From: an uncultured Anaerolineaceae bacterium
Lineage (GTDB): Bacteria; Chloroflexota; Anaerolineae; Anaerolineales; UBA4823
Length of the DNA: 64,000 nt
Direction of reading: 5' to 3'
Assembly: GCA_964385625.1 (NCBI GenBank)
Contig: CAYLPS010000003.1
Location: 17,007 to 81,006 of the forward strand
The notes under the pieces are model-generated. The model did not search any database. It was not told the DNA's origin and was given only the letters and a program-made list of their open reading frames with translations. A program made the position numbers and the translations under genes. Below, one piece after another: positions 1-8,802 of the stretch (positions within the stretch are counted from its first letter, which is position 1; the number at the start of each line of letters is the position of its first letter).

Positions 1-677
1 CCATCCAACATAACATGTACGAAATCCGGCTTGATATAGTTCAGTATACGCTGGTAATGGGTAATGACCAGCGCTCCCATTTCAGGACCGCGTAAGGTAT
101 TCACCCCCTCTGAAACGATCCGCAAAGCATCGATGTCCAGGCCCGAGTCAGTTTCATCCAGGATGGCAATTTCCGGTTTAAGCACTGCCATTTGCAAAAT
201 TTCAGCCCGTTTTTTCTCGCCGCCTGAAAATCCATCATTCAAATAACGACTGGCAAATGAATAATCCATCTTCAACAAATCCATGCGTTCTTTCAACATC
301 TTGCGAAATTCAGGGACTGTGATTCCCCGGTCATCCGAATTTTCAGCTTTCCGTCGAGAATTGATCGCCGTACGCAGGAAATTCGCCACCGAGACTCCGG
401 CGATGGACACTGGGTATTGAAAGGCCAGGAATATCCCCAATCGTGACCTCTCATCAGGCTTAAGCTCTAGTATATTCTGATCCTTGAAAATTACCTTTCC
501 TTTTGTTACCTGATAACCAGGATGGCCCATCAATGTATAAGCCAGGGTGGATTTTCCGGTTCCATTTGGCCCCATCAGTGCATGCACTTTTCCCTGCTGT
601 ACGGTTAAATTTACCCCCTTAAGTATTTCACGCTCAGCGATATTAACATGCAAATCCTGGATGATAAGTTCTGACAT
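1..677 (-). CDS. sufC: Fe-S cluster assembly ATPase SufC (N-terminal ~225 aa; the gene runs off the left edge)
   Basis: Own translation of the minus strand from ATG 677-675: [57 protein letters not shown]... Walker A is [12 protein letters not shown] signature is FSGGEKKR, Walker B is [21 protein letters not shown] lies at 682-689. It is absent from the ORF track because it is open at the window edge. Confidence 0.9.
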   Translation of the reverse strand, partial: MSELIIQDLHVNIAEREILKGVNLTVQQGKVHALMGPNGTGKSTLAYTLMGHPGYQVTKGKVIFKDQNILELKPDERSRLGIFLAFQYPVSIAGVSVANFLRTAINSRRKAENSDDRGITVPEFRKMLKERMDLLKMDYSFASRYLNDGFSGGEKKRAEILQMAVLKPEIAILDETDSGLDIDALRIVSEGVNTLRGPEMGALVITHYQRILNYIKPDFVHVMLD

Positions 678-707
678 GTATCTCTCCTTGGGATTTATAT
701 AAACGAA

Positions 708-738
708 CAATCCTTGACGAAAGATCAATCAAGGATTG
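708..738 (-). promoter_or_regulatory. Perfect 10-bp inverted repeat (CAATCCTTGA-N11-TCAAGGATTG) in the predicted sufC 5' leader; RNA hairpin or second operator
   Basis: Read directly: arms are 708-717 and 729-738. It lies between the predicted sufC TSS (~746) and the SD (682-689). Confidence 0.5.
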
Positions 739-752
739 AGCTCGACGGCGAT

Positions 753-781
753 ATTATAGCATGTCAAAGGCTACATGTCAA
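753..781 (-). promoter_or_regulatory. Predicted sufC promoter: TTGACA (781-776), 17-nt spacer, TGcTATAAT (-10 at 758-753)
   Basis: The minus strand reads TTGACATGTAGCCTTTGACATGCTATAAT. Both hexamers are consensus, the spacer is exactly 17 nt, and an extended -10 TG is present. Confidence 0.65.
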
Positions 782-811
782 TATTTATGATAAATATCAT
801 AAATATTGACA
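776..811. promoter_or_regulatory. Perfect 16-bp-arm palindrome TGTCAATATTTATGAT-AAAT-ATCATAAATATTGACA; putative SufR operator
   Basis: Read directly. The outer 6 nt of each arm are the -35 TTGACA boxes of the two divergent promoters. Confidence 0.6.
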
Positions 812-834
812 ATAATCTTGAACGTTGGTATACT
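806..834 (+). promoter_or_regulatory. Predicted sufR promoter: TTGACA (806-811), 17-nt spacer, TGgTATACT (-10 at 829-834)
   Basis: Consensus -35, 17-nt spacer and extended -10 TG at 826-827. The ATG at 847 lies only 12 nt after the -10 and has no SD, so the transcript would be nearly leaderless. Confidence 0.6.
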
Positions 835-846
835 TTTTAGAATTAT

Positions 847-1488
847 ATGTCTGGAACGAGAGAATTAGTATTAAGAACATTACTTTCACAACCACGCTGC
901 ACAATCAACGATCTGGCCGGTAAACTTGGCATAAGTCCAATTTCCGTCCGCCATCACATTGCCAGCCTGGAAGCAGAAGGCCTTATTTCCAGCGAGGATC
1001 AACGCCATGGTGTGGGAAGGCCACGCCAGGTGTTCTCGCTTACCGAAAATGGGATTGAGCAATTTCCCACCCGGTACGTGCGCCTTACCATCCGCCTGCT
1101 CGAGCACCTTAAAGAAACCATGCCGGAAGCCATGATCAATAAGTTATTTACTGAAATGGCAGAAGATCTGGCCAGAGATCTCGCCGACGGTATGGAAATC
1201 AAGGATCTAAATATCCAGGAACGTTTAAATTTAGTCAAAGACCTGCTCAGGCGGGAAGGCTTTAATGTTGATTGGCAGCAAAATGCTGATGGCTATGAGA
1301 TCCACGAAAATAGCTGTCCGTTCTATTATATCGGGCAGAATCATCCCGAAGTATGCACAGTCGATCAAATCCTGATCTCCAAAGTATTATCGGTACCTAC
1401 CGAAAAAGTAAAGTGCATCCTGAATGGCGACAGCAGCTGCACTTATTGGGTGCCAAATGCTGCTTTGCCTCAACCGAGTAACACATGA
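847..1488 (+). CDS. sufR: SufR-like iron-sulfur cluster biosynthesis transcriptional regulator (winged HTH + C-terminal Cys4)
   Basis: ORF track, 213 aa. N-terminal HTH (TINDLAGKLGISPISVRHHIASLEAEGLI). C-terminal C-X12-C-X19-C-X7-C cluster (CPFYYIGQNHPEVC...C...C). Divergent from sufC as in cyanobacterial sufR-sufBCDS. Confidence 0.75.
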   Translation: MSGTRELVLRTLLSQPRCTINDLAGKLGISPISVRHHIASLEAEGLISSEDQRHGVGRPRQVFSLTENGIEQFPTRYVRLTIRLLEHLKETMPEAMINKLFTEMAEDLARDLADGMEIKDLNIQERLNLVKDLLRREGFNVDWQQNADGYEIHENSCPFYYIGQNHPEVCTVDQILISKVLSVPTEKVKCILNGDSSCTYWVPNAALPQPSNT

Positions 1489-1829
1489 CAGACACCAACC
1501 AAAACCGCCCCGTATGGGAGCTTGAAAGTACCAATCCTGAGCTTATGGAGCCCCTTACCGAAGAGCTTAAGAAGGTCATCGACCCTGAATTAGGGTTGAA
1601 TGTTTTAGAGTTGGGGTTAGTACGAAACGTAGCCATCATTAACGGGGAAGCGAAAATGGTGATGATTATGACCACCCCCTTCTGCCCCTATGGACCAGCG
1701 CTCTTGGAAACCACGCGCCAGCAAGCAGAACGCGGTCTAAATCTACCCACCTCCATCGAACTTAGTTATGAACCTTGGGATCCATCCATGATGGACGAGA
1801 ACGCTCGCATCGATTGGGGATTCTTTTAG
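1485..1829 (+). CDS. DUF59/MIP18-family Fe-S assembly protein (SufT/PaaD-like)
   Basis: 114 aa. It has the typical IDPELGLNVLELGLV motif followed by the conserved Cys (TTPFCPY). ATGA 4-nt overlap with sufR. Confidence 0.75.
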   Translation: MTDTNQNRPVWELESTNPELMEPLTEELKKVIDPELGLNVLELGLVRNVAIINGEAKMVMIMTTPFCPYGPALLETTRQQAERGLNLPTSIELSYEPWDPSMMDENARIDWGFF

Positions 1830-1911
1830 CTGGCTGTTGATCAATCGAATTAACAAACAAGCTGGCCTGCAGAATGCAAACCAGGATTTTCAATACCAGG
1901 CAATCCTATTG

Positions 1912-1984
1912 TGGCGAGGGCGGGAGTCGAACCCGCGACACGAGGCTTATGAGTCCCCTGCTCTGCCAGCTGAGCTACCTCGCC
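1912..1984 (-). tRNA. tRNA with CAU anticodon (elongator Met, or Ile2 if lysidine-modified)
   Basis: The minus strand reads GGCGAGGTAGCTCAGCTGGCAGAGCAGGGGACTCATAAGCCTCGTGTCGCGGGTTCGACTCCCGCCCTCGCCA. It has a 7-bp acceptor stem, GTTCGACTC T-loop and CT-CAT-AA anticodon loop. G1:C72 is paired, so it is not an initiator. CCA is not encoded. Confidence 0.85.
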
Positions 1985-2030
1985 ATTAAAATAGATGCAA
2001 AATAGTACTACGTACGTTTTCTTTTGTCAA

Positions 2031-3059
2031 CTATATTTCACGGTTCACGATATACGCAGCCAAATCTTCAAGCGCTTTTCTTTCTTTTGTCTCTGGCATC
2101 TTCATCAATAAGTTAAGCCCTTTTTCTACATACTGACGGGCTTCGTCGTGCGAGAGCTTTATTGCCCCACTCTCGCGGATGGAAACCAGCAATCTATTCA
2201 GGCAATTTTCATCGCAGAAATTACTTTCCAGGATCTTCTTCATGTCTGTATCACCGGGATTATTCTCAAGATAATACAGCACCGGCAGCGTGATCAATCC
2301 CTGTCTCAAGTCGCTTGCCACTGGTTTGCCCATTGTGGTTTGCTCGCTGGTGAAATCCAGGATGTCATCGATGATCTGGAATGCCATCCCGATATCATAC
2401 CCAAACTCTTTCATCGCCCCCCTCTTGTTCTCAGCTGCTCCGCTCAATATAGCTGCTGTGGTAGTGGAAGCTTCAAATAGCGACGCAGTCTTGGCGTAAA
2501 TTCGGCGATAATAATTTTCACGGTTGGCAATCCATTTGCTGCTGAATAATTGTGTAATTTCACCATTAACGATGATCGCCAGGGTTTCGGCAAACACACG
2601 CATCACATCTACCGAGCCGGTTTCAGCAGCTAATTTGGCCGCCTTGGAAAAAATAAAATCACCTGTTAATACCGTTGCAGCTGGAGACCACTGGGCGTTT
2701 AACGTGGGAATTCCCCGCCGGATCATAGCGCCATCGATCAGGTCATCATGCACCAACGTTGCGGTGTGCAGTGATTCGATCGCCGCTGCCAGGGTAACTA
2801 ATTTATCCGGGTCACCTCCGAGCATCTTTCCGGTCAGCAATGTGACGATCACGCGAATACGCTTACCACCAGAGCTAAGCAGGCGATGTAGCGCTGCACC
2901 GACTGCCGTATGATGCCCATCAGCTTGCGCCCGAATGCGTTCCTCAACTAATCCTAGCCTGTCTTCAATGGGTGCTGTAAATTTAGCCTGAATCAATGTA
3001 TGGTCTCCAGTTAAATACCTTATCAGCTTCCTCTGTGGTGATCCTGCCGACTTCACCAA
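2031..3059 (-). CDS. Long-chain polyprenyl diphosphate synthase (hepta/octaprenyl type)
   Basis: 342 aa. First Asp-rich motif is LVHDDLIDG and second is FQIIDDILD. The longest ORF overlaps tatD by 77 nt. An in-frame TTG at 2996-2994 would give a 14-nt overlap and is the more likely start. Confidence 0.85.
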   Translation of the reverse strand: MVKSAGSPQRKLIRYLTGDHTLIQAKFTAPIEDRLGLVEERIRAQADGHHTAVGAALHRLLSSGGKRIRVIVTLLTGKMLGGDPDKLVTLAAAIESLHTATLVHDDLIDGAMIRRGIPTLNAQWSPAATVLTGDFIFSKAAKLAAETGSVDVMRVFAETLAIIVNGEITQLFSSKWIANRENYYRRIYAKTASLFEASTTTAAILSGAAENKRGAMKEFGYDIGMAFQIIDDILDFTSEQTTMGKPVASDLRQGLITLPVLYYLENNPGDTDMKKILESNFCDENCLNRLLVSIRESGAIKLSHDEARQYVEKGLNLLMKMPETKERKALEDLAAYIVNREI

Positions 3060-3816
3060 CTGGCATGGCTTTAATTTCGGCTATTTTTTCAGCCACAATT
3101 CTAACATTGACTGGCTCATTTCGCTGGCCGCGTAATGGATGAGGCGATAAAAATGGGGCATCTGTTTCTAATAATAAGCACTGCAACGGCATGACTTTTA
3201 CCACTCTCTGCAGTATATGGGAGTTGCGAAATGTTACCGCACCACCAATTCCCAGCTTAAAATGCAATTCAGCCATCCGTTCAGCCAGCTGCTCATCGCC
3301 GGAAAAAGCATGCAATACCCCCGGATGCTCGGATAGGTGCGAATGATGAGTGGTCAATCCACCCTGCCAGTCAGTGAGTATGTCCGCAATATCTCCTGAT
3401 GCTTCACGGTTATGGATAATCACGGGTATTTCCAGGTCTGCAGCCAATTCAAGCTGTTTTATTAAGCTCCTTCGTTGGTAATCATGTGGAGAATGATTTC
3501 GATAGTAATCCAGGCCGATTTCGCCAATCGCCACCACTTTATTTTTTTTTGCCAACGACCTTAACTCTTGCTGTGTGTCTTCTGTCCATTTTTGGTTACT
3601 ATTCGGGTGTAAGCCTGCCGCTGCACAGACCTGCTGATACTCACTGGCGCATTTTATTGCTGCTTTACTGGTTTCAATATCCAGTCCTGGAATTAATAGT
3701 CTCCTGATACCCGCTTCCCAAGCTCTTTTAATAACCTGTGATCGATCTTGATCGTATTCATCGAGATAAAGGTGGCAATGTGTATCAACCAGGCTCACTG
3801 GCTCATCTAAACTCAC
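2983..3816 (-). CDS. tatD: TatD-family metal-dependent hydrolase/DNase
   Basis: 277 aa. N-terminal VDTHCHL HxH motif and typical length. GTG start, with a GTGA overlap on the stop of the upstream gene. Confidence 0.85.
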   Translation of the reverse strand: MSLDEPVSLVDTHCHLYLDEYDQDRSQVIKRAWEAGIRRLLIPGLDIETSKAAIKCASEYQQVCAAAGLHPNSNQKWTEDTQQELRSLAKKNKVVAIGEIGLDYYRNHSPHDYQRRSLIKQLELAADLEIPVIIHNREASGDIADILTDWQGGLTTHHSHLSEHPGVLHAFSGDEQLAERMAELHFKLGIGGAVTFRNSHILQRVVKVMPLQCLLLETDAPFLSPHPLRGQRNEPVNVRIVAEKIAEIKAMPVGEVGRITTEEADKVFNWRPYIDSG

Positions 3817-5237
3817 GATTTCAAACCTGCCACACGCAGCCCATCATCCAATATTGCTTTTACTCTACCAGGCTGAGTGGTTTCGCAATACACTCTCATA
3901 ATGGGCTCAGTTCCTGAAAAACGGATCAGCATCCATCCACCATCCTCAAGGTTAAATTTGAACCCATCGGTTGTATCCAGGTTAACCACCTTAAAACCGC
4001 CGATGTGGTCGGGCTGGTGCTCCAATATATATTGCTTCCTTGAAGTATGGTCACCTGAAAATGGTGTATCGATTCGGTCGTAATAATGGGCACCCACCTT
4101 GTTGAATAATGTACTGATGAGCTCGGAGGGTTTCTGCCCCAGGCGCACCATCATGTCGAGGATATATAGTCCAGCTAAAATGCCATCTCTTTCCGGCACG
4201 TGCCCTCGGAAGGCATACCCGCCTGATTCTTCCCCACCCAACATGGCATTGGTTTCCAGCATTTTAGGGGCCACATACTTAAAACCTACCCCTGTCTCAT
4301 ACACCGGCACATTATAAATCTTGCCTAATTCTACCAGCATATTCGTGGTCGACAGGGTCTTCACAATGGGACCACGCTCTTTACGTACTTCGAGGAAATA
4401 ATAACCCATCAGCCCATACACCCGCAACTGGTCGATGAATTGGCCGTTTTCATCACCAACTCCCAATCGGTCTGCATCACCATCTGTGATGATCAGCACA
4501 TCACTTTTTCGCCTGACCGTCTCAACCAGTCCAATATCCACGTTTGGCGGTATGGGTTCTGGGCGTTTCATCTCAGGGAAAATTGGATTCCGCTGGTTAT
4601 GGATTTCCTCCACTCTGGTTTTTCCACCTTGCAGTAAGCGCGGGAACCAACCGATGCCATTTCCCCACATTGGTTCAACCAGTACCTTCAACCCGGCATC
4701 CTGGATAGATTGAATGTCGACCAGTCGCTTAAGTTGGTCGATATATGCTGGATTTGGATCGAAAATAACAATTTGTCCTTGAGATGCAGCTTCGTTTAAA
4801 GAAATACGGTGGATGTGATCTGTTGATTCCGGGATAAATGATTCGATCTCCAGAAGTCCCTCGGGGTCAATTGCCCCTCCATGCTCATCTCTTACCTTGA
4901 ACCCGTTATCAGTAGGCGGATTGTGTGAGGCAGTGATATTTACCGCGCCAACTGCCTTTTTATCGACAACACAATATGAGATTGCCGGTGTTGGGGTCGC
5001 TCTATCGGTGAGATAAACTCTCAATTGATTAGCAGCTAATACTTCTGCCACAGATGCGGCAAAATGCTCTGAATTAAACCGTTGGTCGTACCCTACAATT
5101 ACCCATTCGTCTTTAGCACCCCTGTCGAGTAAATACTTTGCAAATCCCTGAGCACAACGCCTGATATTCGCAAAGGTATAGTCTTCAGCGATTCTTCCTC
5201 GCCATCCATCGGTGCCGAAATGTATCTTATCCACCAC
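3813..5237 (-). CDS. Phosphoglucomutase/phosphomannomutase family protein
   Basis: 474 aa. Active-site Ser loop [13 protein letters not shown], Mg loop DGDADR and sugar loop GGEESGG. GTG start with GGAGG SD 5 nt upstream. Confidence 0.9.
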   Translation of the reverse strand: MVDKIHFGTDGWRGRIAEDYTFANIRRCAQGFAKYLLDRGAKDEWVIVGYDQRFNSEHFAASVAEVLAANQLRVYLTDRATPTPAISYCVVDKKAVGAVNITASHNPPTDNGFKVRDEHGGAIDPEGLLEIESFIPESTDHIHRISLNEAASQGQIVIFDPNPAYIDQLKRLVDIQSIQDAGLKVLVEPMWGNGIGWFPRLLQGGKTRVEEIHNQRNPIFPEMKRPEPIPPNVDIGLVETVRRKSDVLIITDGDADRLGVGDENGQFIDQLRVYGLMGYYFLEVRKERGPIVKTLSTTNMLVELGKIYNVPVYETGVGFKYVAPKMLETNAMLGGEESGGYAFRGHVPERDGILAGLYILDMMVRLGQKPSELISTLFNKVGAHYYDRIDTPFSGDHTSRKQYILEHQPDHIGGFKVVNLDTTDGFKFNLEDGGWMLIRFSGTEPIMRVYCETTQPGRVKAILDDGLRVAGLKS

Positions 5238-5271
5238 TAGGCCTCCATGTTAACTATTTAATTTGAAATGT

Positions 5272-5280
5272 ATTATATCA
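5272..5280 (-). promoter_or_regulatory. Extended -10 (TGATATAAT) for the PGM/PMM-tatD-polyprenyl synthase operon
   Basis: The minus strand reads TTGATATAAT about 35 nt upstream of GTG 5237. A leader with GGAGG follows. Confidence 0.5.
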
Positions 5281-5315
5281 AGGGATGTAAGCAGGCGGAA
5301 TAGGCGGTTTAGAGA

Positions 5316-5324
5316 TGATATAAT
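5316..5324 (+). promoter_or_regulatory. Extended -10 (TGATATAAT) for the aldolase-NUDIX operon
   Basis: TGATATAAT lies 36 nt upstream of ATG 5360. AGGAGG SD is at 5348-5353. Confidence 0.5.
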
Positions 5325-5359
5325 TTTATCTCGTTCAATAGACACTCAGGAGGTAATCA

Positions 5360-6781
5360 ATGAACCAGCCAATTTTACAGGAATTGCTAGAATCACTTGA
5401 TGGCAGTCTGGTGCTGACCGACCATCATGCTGAGATCAAAGACCTGAAACGACTGCAAGCGAATATCCACAAAATAGCCGAAAAAGCCGCATTGGGTAGT
5501 AAAACAGAAAAAGGAGCAGCCCAATATATCATTCGTCAGGCTGCACTAGCATTTGGAGCAATCCCATCATCCATTATCGAGCTTTATCTTGCGCGTGGTC
5601 GGGGTGAAATACCATTAATATTCACTGTCCCGGCCATCAATCTGCGCATGTTAGCTTTCGATTCAGCCCGCGCGGTATTTCGAGTGGCAAATGAGATGAA
5701 TGCTGGGGCATTCATATTTGAGATTGCCCGTTCTGAGATGGGATATACCGATCAGCGGCCATCGGAATATACCTCGAGCGTACTTGCGGCTGCAATTGCG
5801 GAGGGATATGTCGGGCCAGTTTTCATCCAAGGTGACCATTTCCAGATATCTGCCAAGCGCTACGCTTCCACTCCCGACGCCGAAGTGCAGGCTGTAAAGG
5901 ATTTAACCAACGAAGCCATCAGCGCCGGTTTCTTCAACATCGATATTGATACTTCTACGTTGGTGGATATCAATAAACCCACGGTTCCTGAGCAGCAAAA
6001 ACTGAATTACACCTTGTCTGCCATGTATTCAGCCTATATCCGCTCTTTGCAGCCTGAGGGGGTGCAGGTATCCATTGGAGGCGAGATTGGAGAAGTAGGT
6101 GGGCATAACTCAACCGAGGAAGAGCTGCGTGCCTATATGGATGGTTACAACACTGACTTGGCGAGACAGGCTCCTGGTGCTGTTGGGTTGAGCAAAATCA
6201 GCATACAAACGGGTACTTCCCACGGAGGGGTTGTGCTTCCCGATGGCTCGATTGCCAAAGTTCACCTGGATTTCGGAATTTTACGCCAGCTGAGCCGTCT
6301 GGCGCGTTCAGAATATGGCATGGGTGGGACCGTACAGCATGGTGCTTCCACTCTGCCCGAAAATGCGTTTGGTAAATTTGTTGAATCAGAAGCCGTCGAA
6401 GTACATCTGGCGACCAATTTCCAGAACATGATCTTCGAAAAACTGCCGGACGATTTACGCGATGAGATGTATGCTTATCTGGATAAAAACAATGCCTCGG
6501 AGCGTAAGCCTGATATGACCGACGAGCAGTTTTATTACAAGACCCGTAAATACACCGTTGGGCCTTTCAAAGCACAAACCTGGAACCTTCCATCAGAGCT
6601 GAAAGCCTCAATAAGCCTGATGCTTGAGGATCAATTCCGCAAGCTGTTCGTCTACCTCGGTATGCAAGGCTCGCGATCATATATCGACTCAAAAATTCAT
6701 CCCGTTAAGATAGAGCCTGACCTGAAGTTCTATCTCGGTGACACATCCGAGGAAGAGGAAGTCTCGGACTTGGCTGATTGA
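5360..6781 (+). CDS. Class II ketose-bisphosphate (fructose/tagatose) aldolase, long form
   Basis: 473 aa. Class II aldolase motifs: FIQGDH, NIDIDTS, GGEIGEVGG, QTGTSHGG and VQHGAS. Confidence 0.8.
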   Translation: MNQPILQELLESLDGSLVLTDHHAEIKDLKRLQANIHKIAEKAALGSKTEKGAAQYIIRQAALAFGAIPSSIIELYLARGRGEIPLIFTVPAINLRMLAFDSARAVFRVANEMNAGAFIFEIARSEMGYTDQRPSEYTSSVLAAAIAEGYVGPVFIQGDHFQISAKRYASTPDAEVQAVKDLTNEAISAGFFNIDIDTSTLVDINKPTVPEQQKLNYTLSAMYSAYIRSLQPEGVQVSIGGEIGEVGGHNSTEEELRAYMDGYNTDLARQAPGAVGLSKISIQTGTSHGGVVLPDGSIAKVHLDFGILRQLSRLARSEYGMGGTVQHGASTLPENAFGKFVESEAVEVHLATNFQNMIFEKLPDDLRDEMYAYLDKNNASERKPDMTDEQFYYKTRKYTVGPFKAQTWNLPSELKASISLMLEDQFRKLFVYLGMQGSRSYIDSKIHPVKIEPDLKFYLGDTSEEEEVSDLAD

Positions 6782-7287
6782 TCATGCCATCGAAAGATCA
6801 GGGTGTTAATCTTGAGCGTTACATGCTCGTGCCTCGCACGCTGATTTTTCTAACCCGCGGTGAGCATATATTATTGCTAAAAGGCGCCCAGGATAAACGA
6901 TTATGGGCAGGGCTATATAACGGCATTGGCGGGCATGTAGAGCCGGGAGAGGACATCCTATCCTCTGCCCGGCGAGAGCTTATGGAAGAAACCGGGTTAG
7001 AATCGCCTGACTTACACTTGTGCGGTGTGGTCACCGTGGATACGCAAGCCAACCCTGGCGTATGTATCTATATCTTCACCGGTAATTGCCCCTACGGCGA
7101 ACCAGCACTCTCACGCGAAGGCTCCCTGGAATGGGTGCACGCTTCTGAGCTAAACCAACTACCCCTGGTTGCTGATTTACCATTGTTGATTCAAAATATT
7201 ATCGAGCAAAAGCCTGCCTCTGCACCGTTCTCAGCCCACTCGCACTATTCAGCGAATGATGAGCTGGTAGTAACCTTCGGAAAATAA
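6778..7287 (+). CDS. NUDIX hydrolase
   Basis: 169 aa. Nudix box GGHVEPGEDILSSARRELMEETGL. TTG at 6778 or ATG at 6784 are both possible starts. Confidence 0.85.
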   Translation: MIMPSKDQGVNLERYMLVPRTLIFLTRGEHILLLKGAQDKRLWAGLYNGIGGHVEPGEDILSSARRELMEETGLESPDLHLCGVVTVDTQANPGVCIYIFTGNCPYGEPALSREGSLEWVHASELNQLPLVADLPLLIQNIIEQKPASAPFSAHSHYSANDELVVTFGK

Positions 7288-7303
7288 CCTTTCGACAAAA
7301 AAA

Positions 7304-7331
7304 AGCGTACCCAGATCAATCCGGGTACGCT
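7304..7331. terminator. Bidirectional intrinsic terminator between convergent genes
   Basis: Stem AGCGTACCC (7304-7312) pairs with GGGTACGCT (7323-7331) around a 10-nt loop. An A8 run precedes it and a T-rich stretch (ACTTTATTT) follows. Confidence 0.7.
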
Positions 7332-7347
7332 ACTTTATTTAATAAAA

Positions 7348-7992
7348 TTACTTTTGTCTTCTAATGGCCGAACGGGCGATGAACCATATCCCCAACAATA
7401 TTAATGCCAGGGGCCAAATATAAATGATGAGATTTTCAGCAGCGATCAGCAATACGATCCCGATGGCAGCCAGAATTGCCGCTGGAATCCATGCCCAATC
7501 CATGCGCCGGATTGGATTTGGAAGAATAGCAACCAATGCAAAAGTAATCCCAAAGCCAAGTAACAGGATACCTCCGCTAGTTGTGCCATTTAACCCCACA
7601 TCGATCAAGCTGACGATGGCGACAGTGGCTAGAATGCCTGCTGGTATGATCGCCCACCAGTTGATTCGCGAGGCTAGGTAGACAAAAACAAAACTGAGAG
7701 CAATCCCACCTAATATGACCAATCCCTCCCATCCAGATCCCTGGAAACCGGGAAGAAATGCACCTAATCCAATGATTGCAGCAATGGCTAAAAAAATAGT
7801 TCCAGGAATCAATGCCCACCACTGGGCATGGTTATTGATATACATAGTGATGAATAGGATTCCAACAACAGCTGTTGCTATCGTCCAAAATAACGCCCCG
7901 CCCTGAAATATATTAAAGGTGTCCAGCAGCAATAAAACGCCACCAATTATAAAAATGATACCCCAAAGTAAACGTGATGTCAGGTATTTCAT
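7348..7992 (-). CDS. Polytopic membrane protein with three WW-x-IP repeat hairpins (LiaF/DUF5668-like TM module, tentative)
   Basis: The ORF track gives 7348-8073. The ATG at 7992 (MKYLTSRLLWG...) forms an ATGA overlap with the upstream stop, so I use it as the start. The protein is almost entirely hydrophobic, with repeats QWWALIPG, NWWAIIPAG and DWAWIPAA. Confidence 0.7.
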   Translation of the reverse strand: MKYLTSRLLWGIIFIIGGVLLLLDTFNIFQGGALFWTIATAVVGILFITMYINNHAQWWALIPGTIFLAIAAIIGLGAFLPGFQGSGWEGLVILGGIALSFVFVYLASRINWWAIIPAGILATVAIVSLIDVGLNGTTSGGILLLGFGITFALVAILPNPIRRMDWAWIPAAILAAIGIVLLIAAENLIIYIWPLALILLGIWFIARSAIRRQK

Positions 7993-8525
7993 GCCGACCC
8001 TCCTGTTGGTCTCTTGCGAATAACCGCTTGAATGGTAATCCAAATTCCTAGCAAAATGATTAATACAGGCCAAAACTTGATAATATCAGCCTGCCCTGAG
8101 AAGATCATCAGGAAAATCACAAACATAATCGCACTGATTATTATCAGGCGCAAACCCGCAGTGTACCCTCTGCGCGTTTCACCTCCCAGTAGCGTGGTAA
8201 GTATGATGCCCACTCCAACAAAAGCCGGGATCAGCGTCCATAAGTAAGACCAGGAACCCCACTGCCCGGTTGCATTTTGCCAGTACAGGATGCCTCCAAT
8301 ACCTCCTACAATGCACGCTGGTACACTCAAGCCCGGTGATCGTGCCAGCAATCCAAGGAAGAACAATAATACGCCAACTCCGATCACCACCAGCGGCCAT
8401 TGGTATTCAATGTTGATGAGATCATTCAATCCTGGCAATAGATTGAGCTCTGCTGTCAGGAACCATGCTCCGATTAGTAATAAAATTAATCCGATTACCA
8501 GGTCAGATCTCTTTTGTCTCGACAT
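7989..8525 (-). CDS. Polytopic membrane protein, paralog of the downstream gene
   Basis: 178 aa and hydrophobic. It shares the C-terminal motif FWPVLIILLGIWI..RKR with IWPLALILLGIWFI..RRQK of the neighbour. Confidence 0.7.
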   Translation of the reverse strand: MSRQKRSDLVIGLILLLIGAWFLTAELNLLPGLNDLINIEYQWPLVVIGVGVLLFFLGLLARSPGLSVPACIVGGIGGILYWQNATGQWGSWSYLWTLIPAFVGVGIILTTLLGGETRRGYTAGLRLIIISAIMFVIFLMIFSGQADIIKFWPVLIILLGIWITIQAVIRKRPTGGSA

Positions 8526-8802
8526 ATCGAACTCTCCATGATCTTTTTTTCTGATTATATATAACCCTTCCGAGGTAATTCGGTTTCAGGTTAGCTCGAA
8601 AAACCTTGAGATATGATATTAATTTTCACTAACTTTCAAGCCATACACACTATGTTATTATCTACGAATTAATTACCGGGAAGTTGTATTTCCTGCGAAA
8701 CAGGGGTAAGATCAATTAGGGTAGATATTTATATCAATCAACTAAGGACGGGATTTATAAGTCATTTAGTTGATCAACACGTGTTCGCTTAGGGATTGCA
8801 AG

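Noticed and set aside
64-246. 60-aa plus-strand ORF at the left edge
   Set aside because: It lies antisense inside the strongly supported sufC reading frame (Walker A, signature and Walker B on the minus strand). It has no SD and a low-complexity Ser/Pro-rich composition.
1912-1984. tRNA genes (this one and 43793-43865) as possible integration sites of a genomic island
   Set aside because: There is no integrase, no direct repeat of the tRNA 3' end, and no phage or transposase genes within the window. Flanking genes are ordinary metabolic or housekeeping genes.
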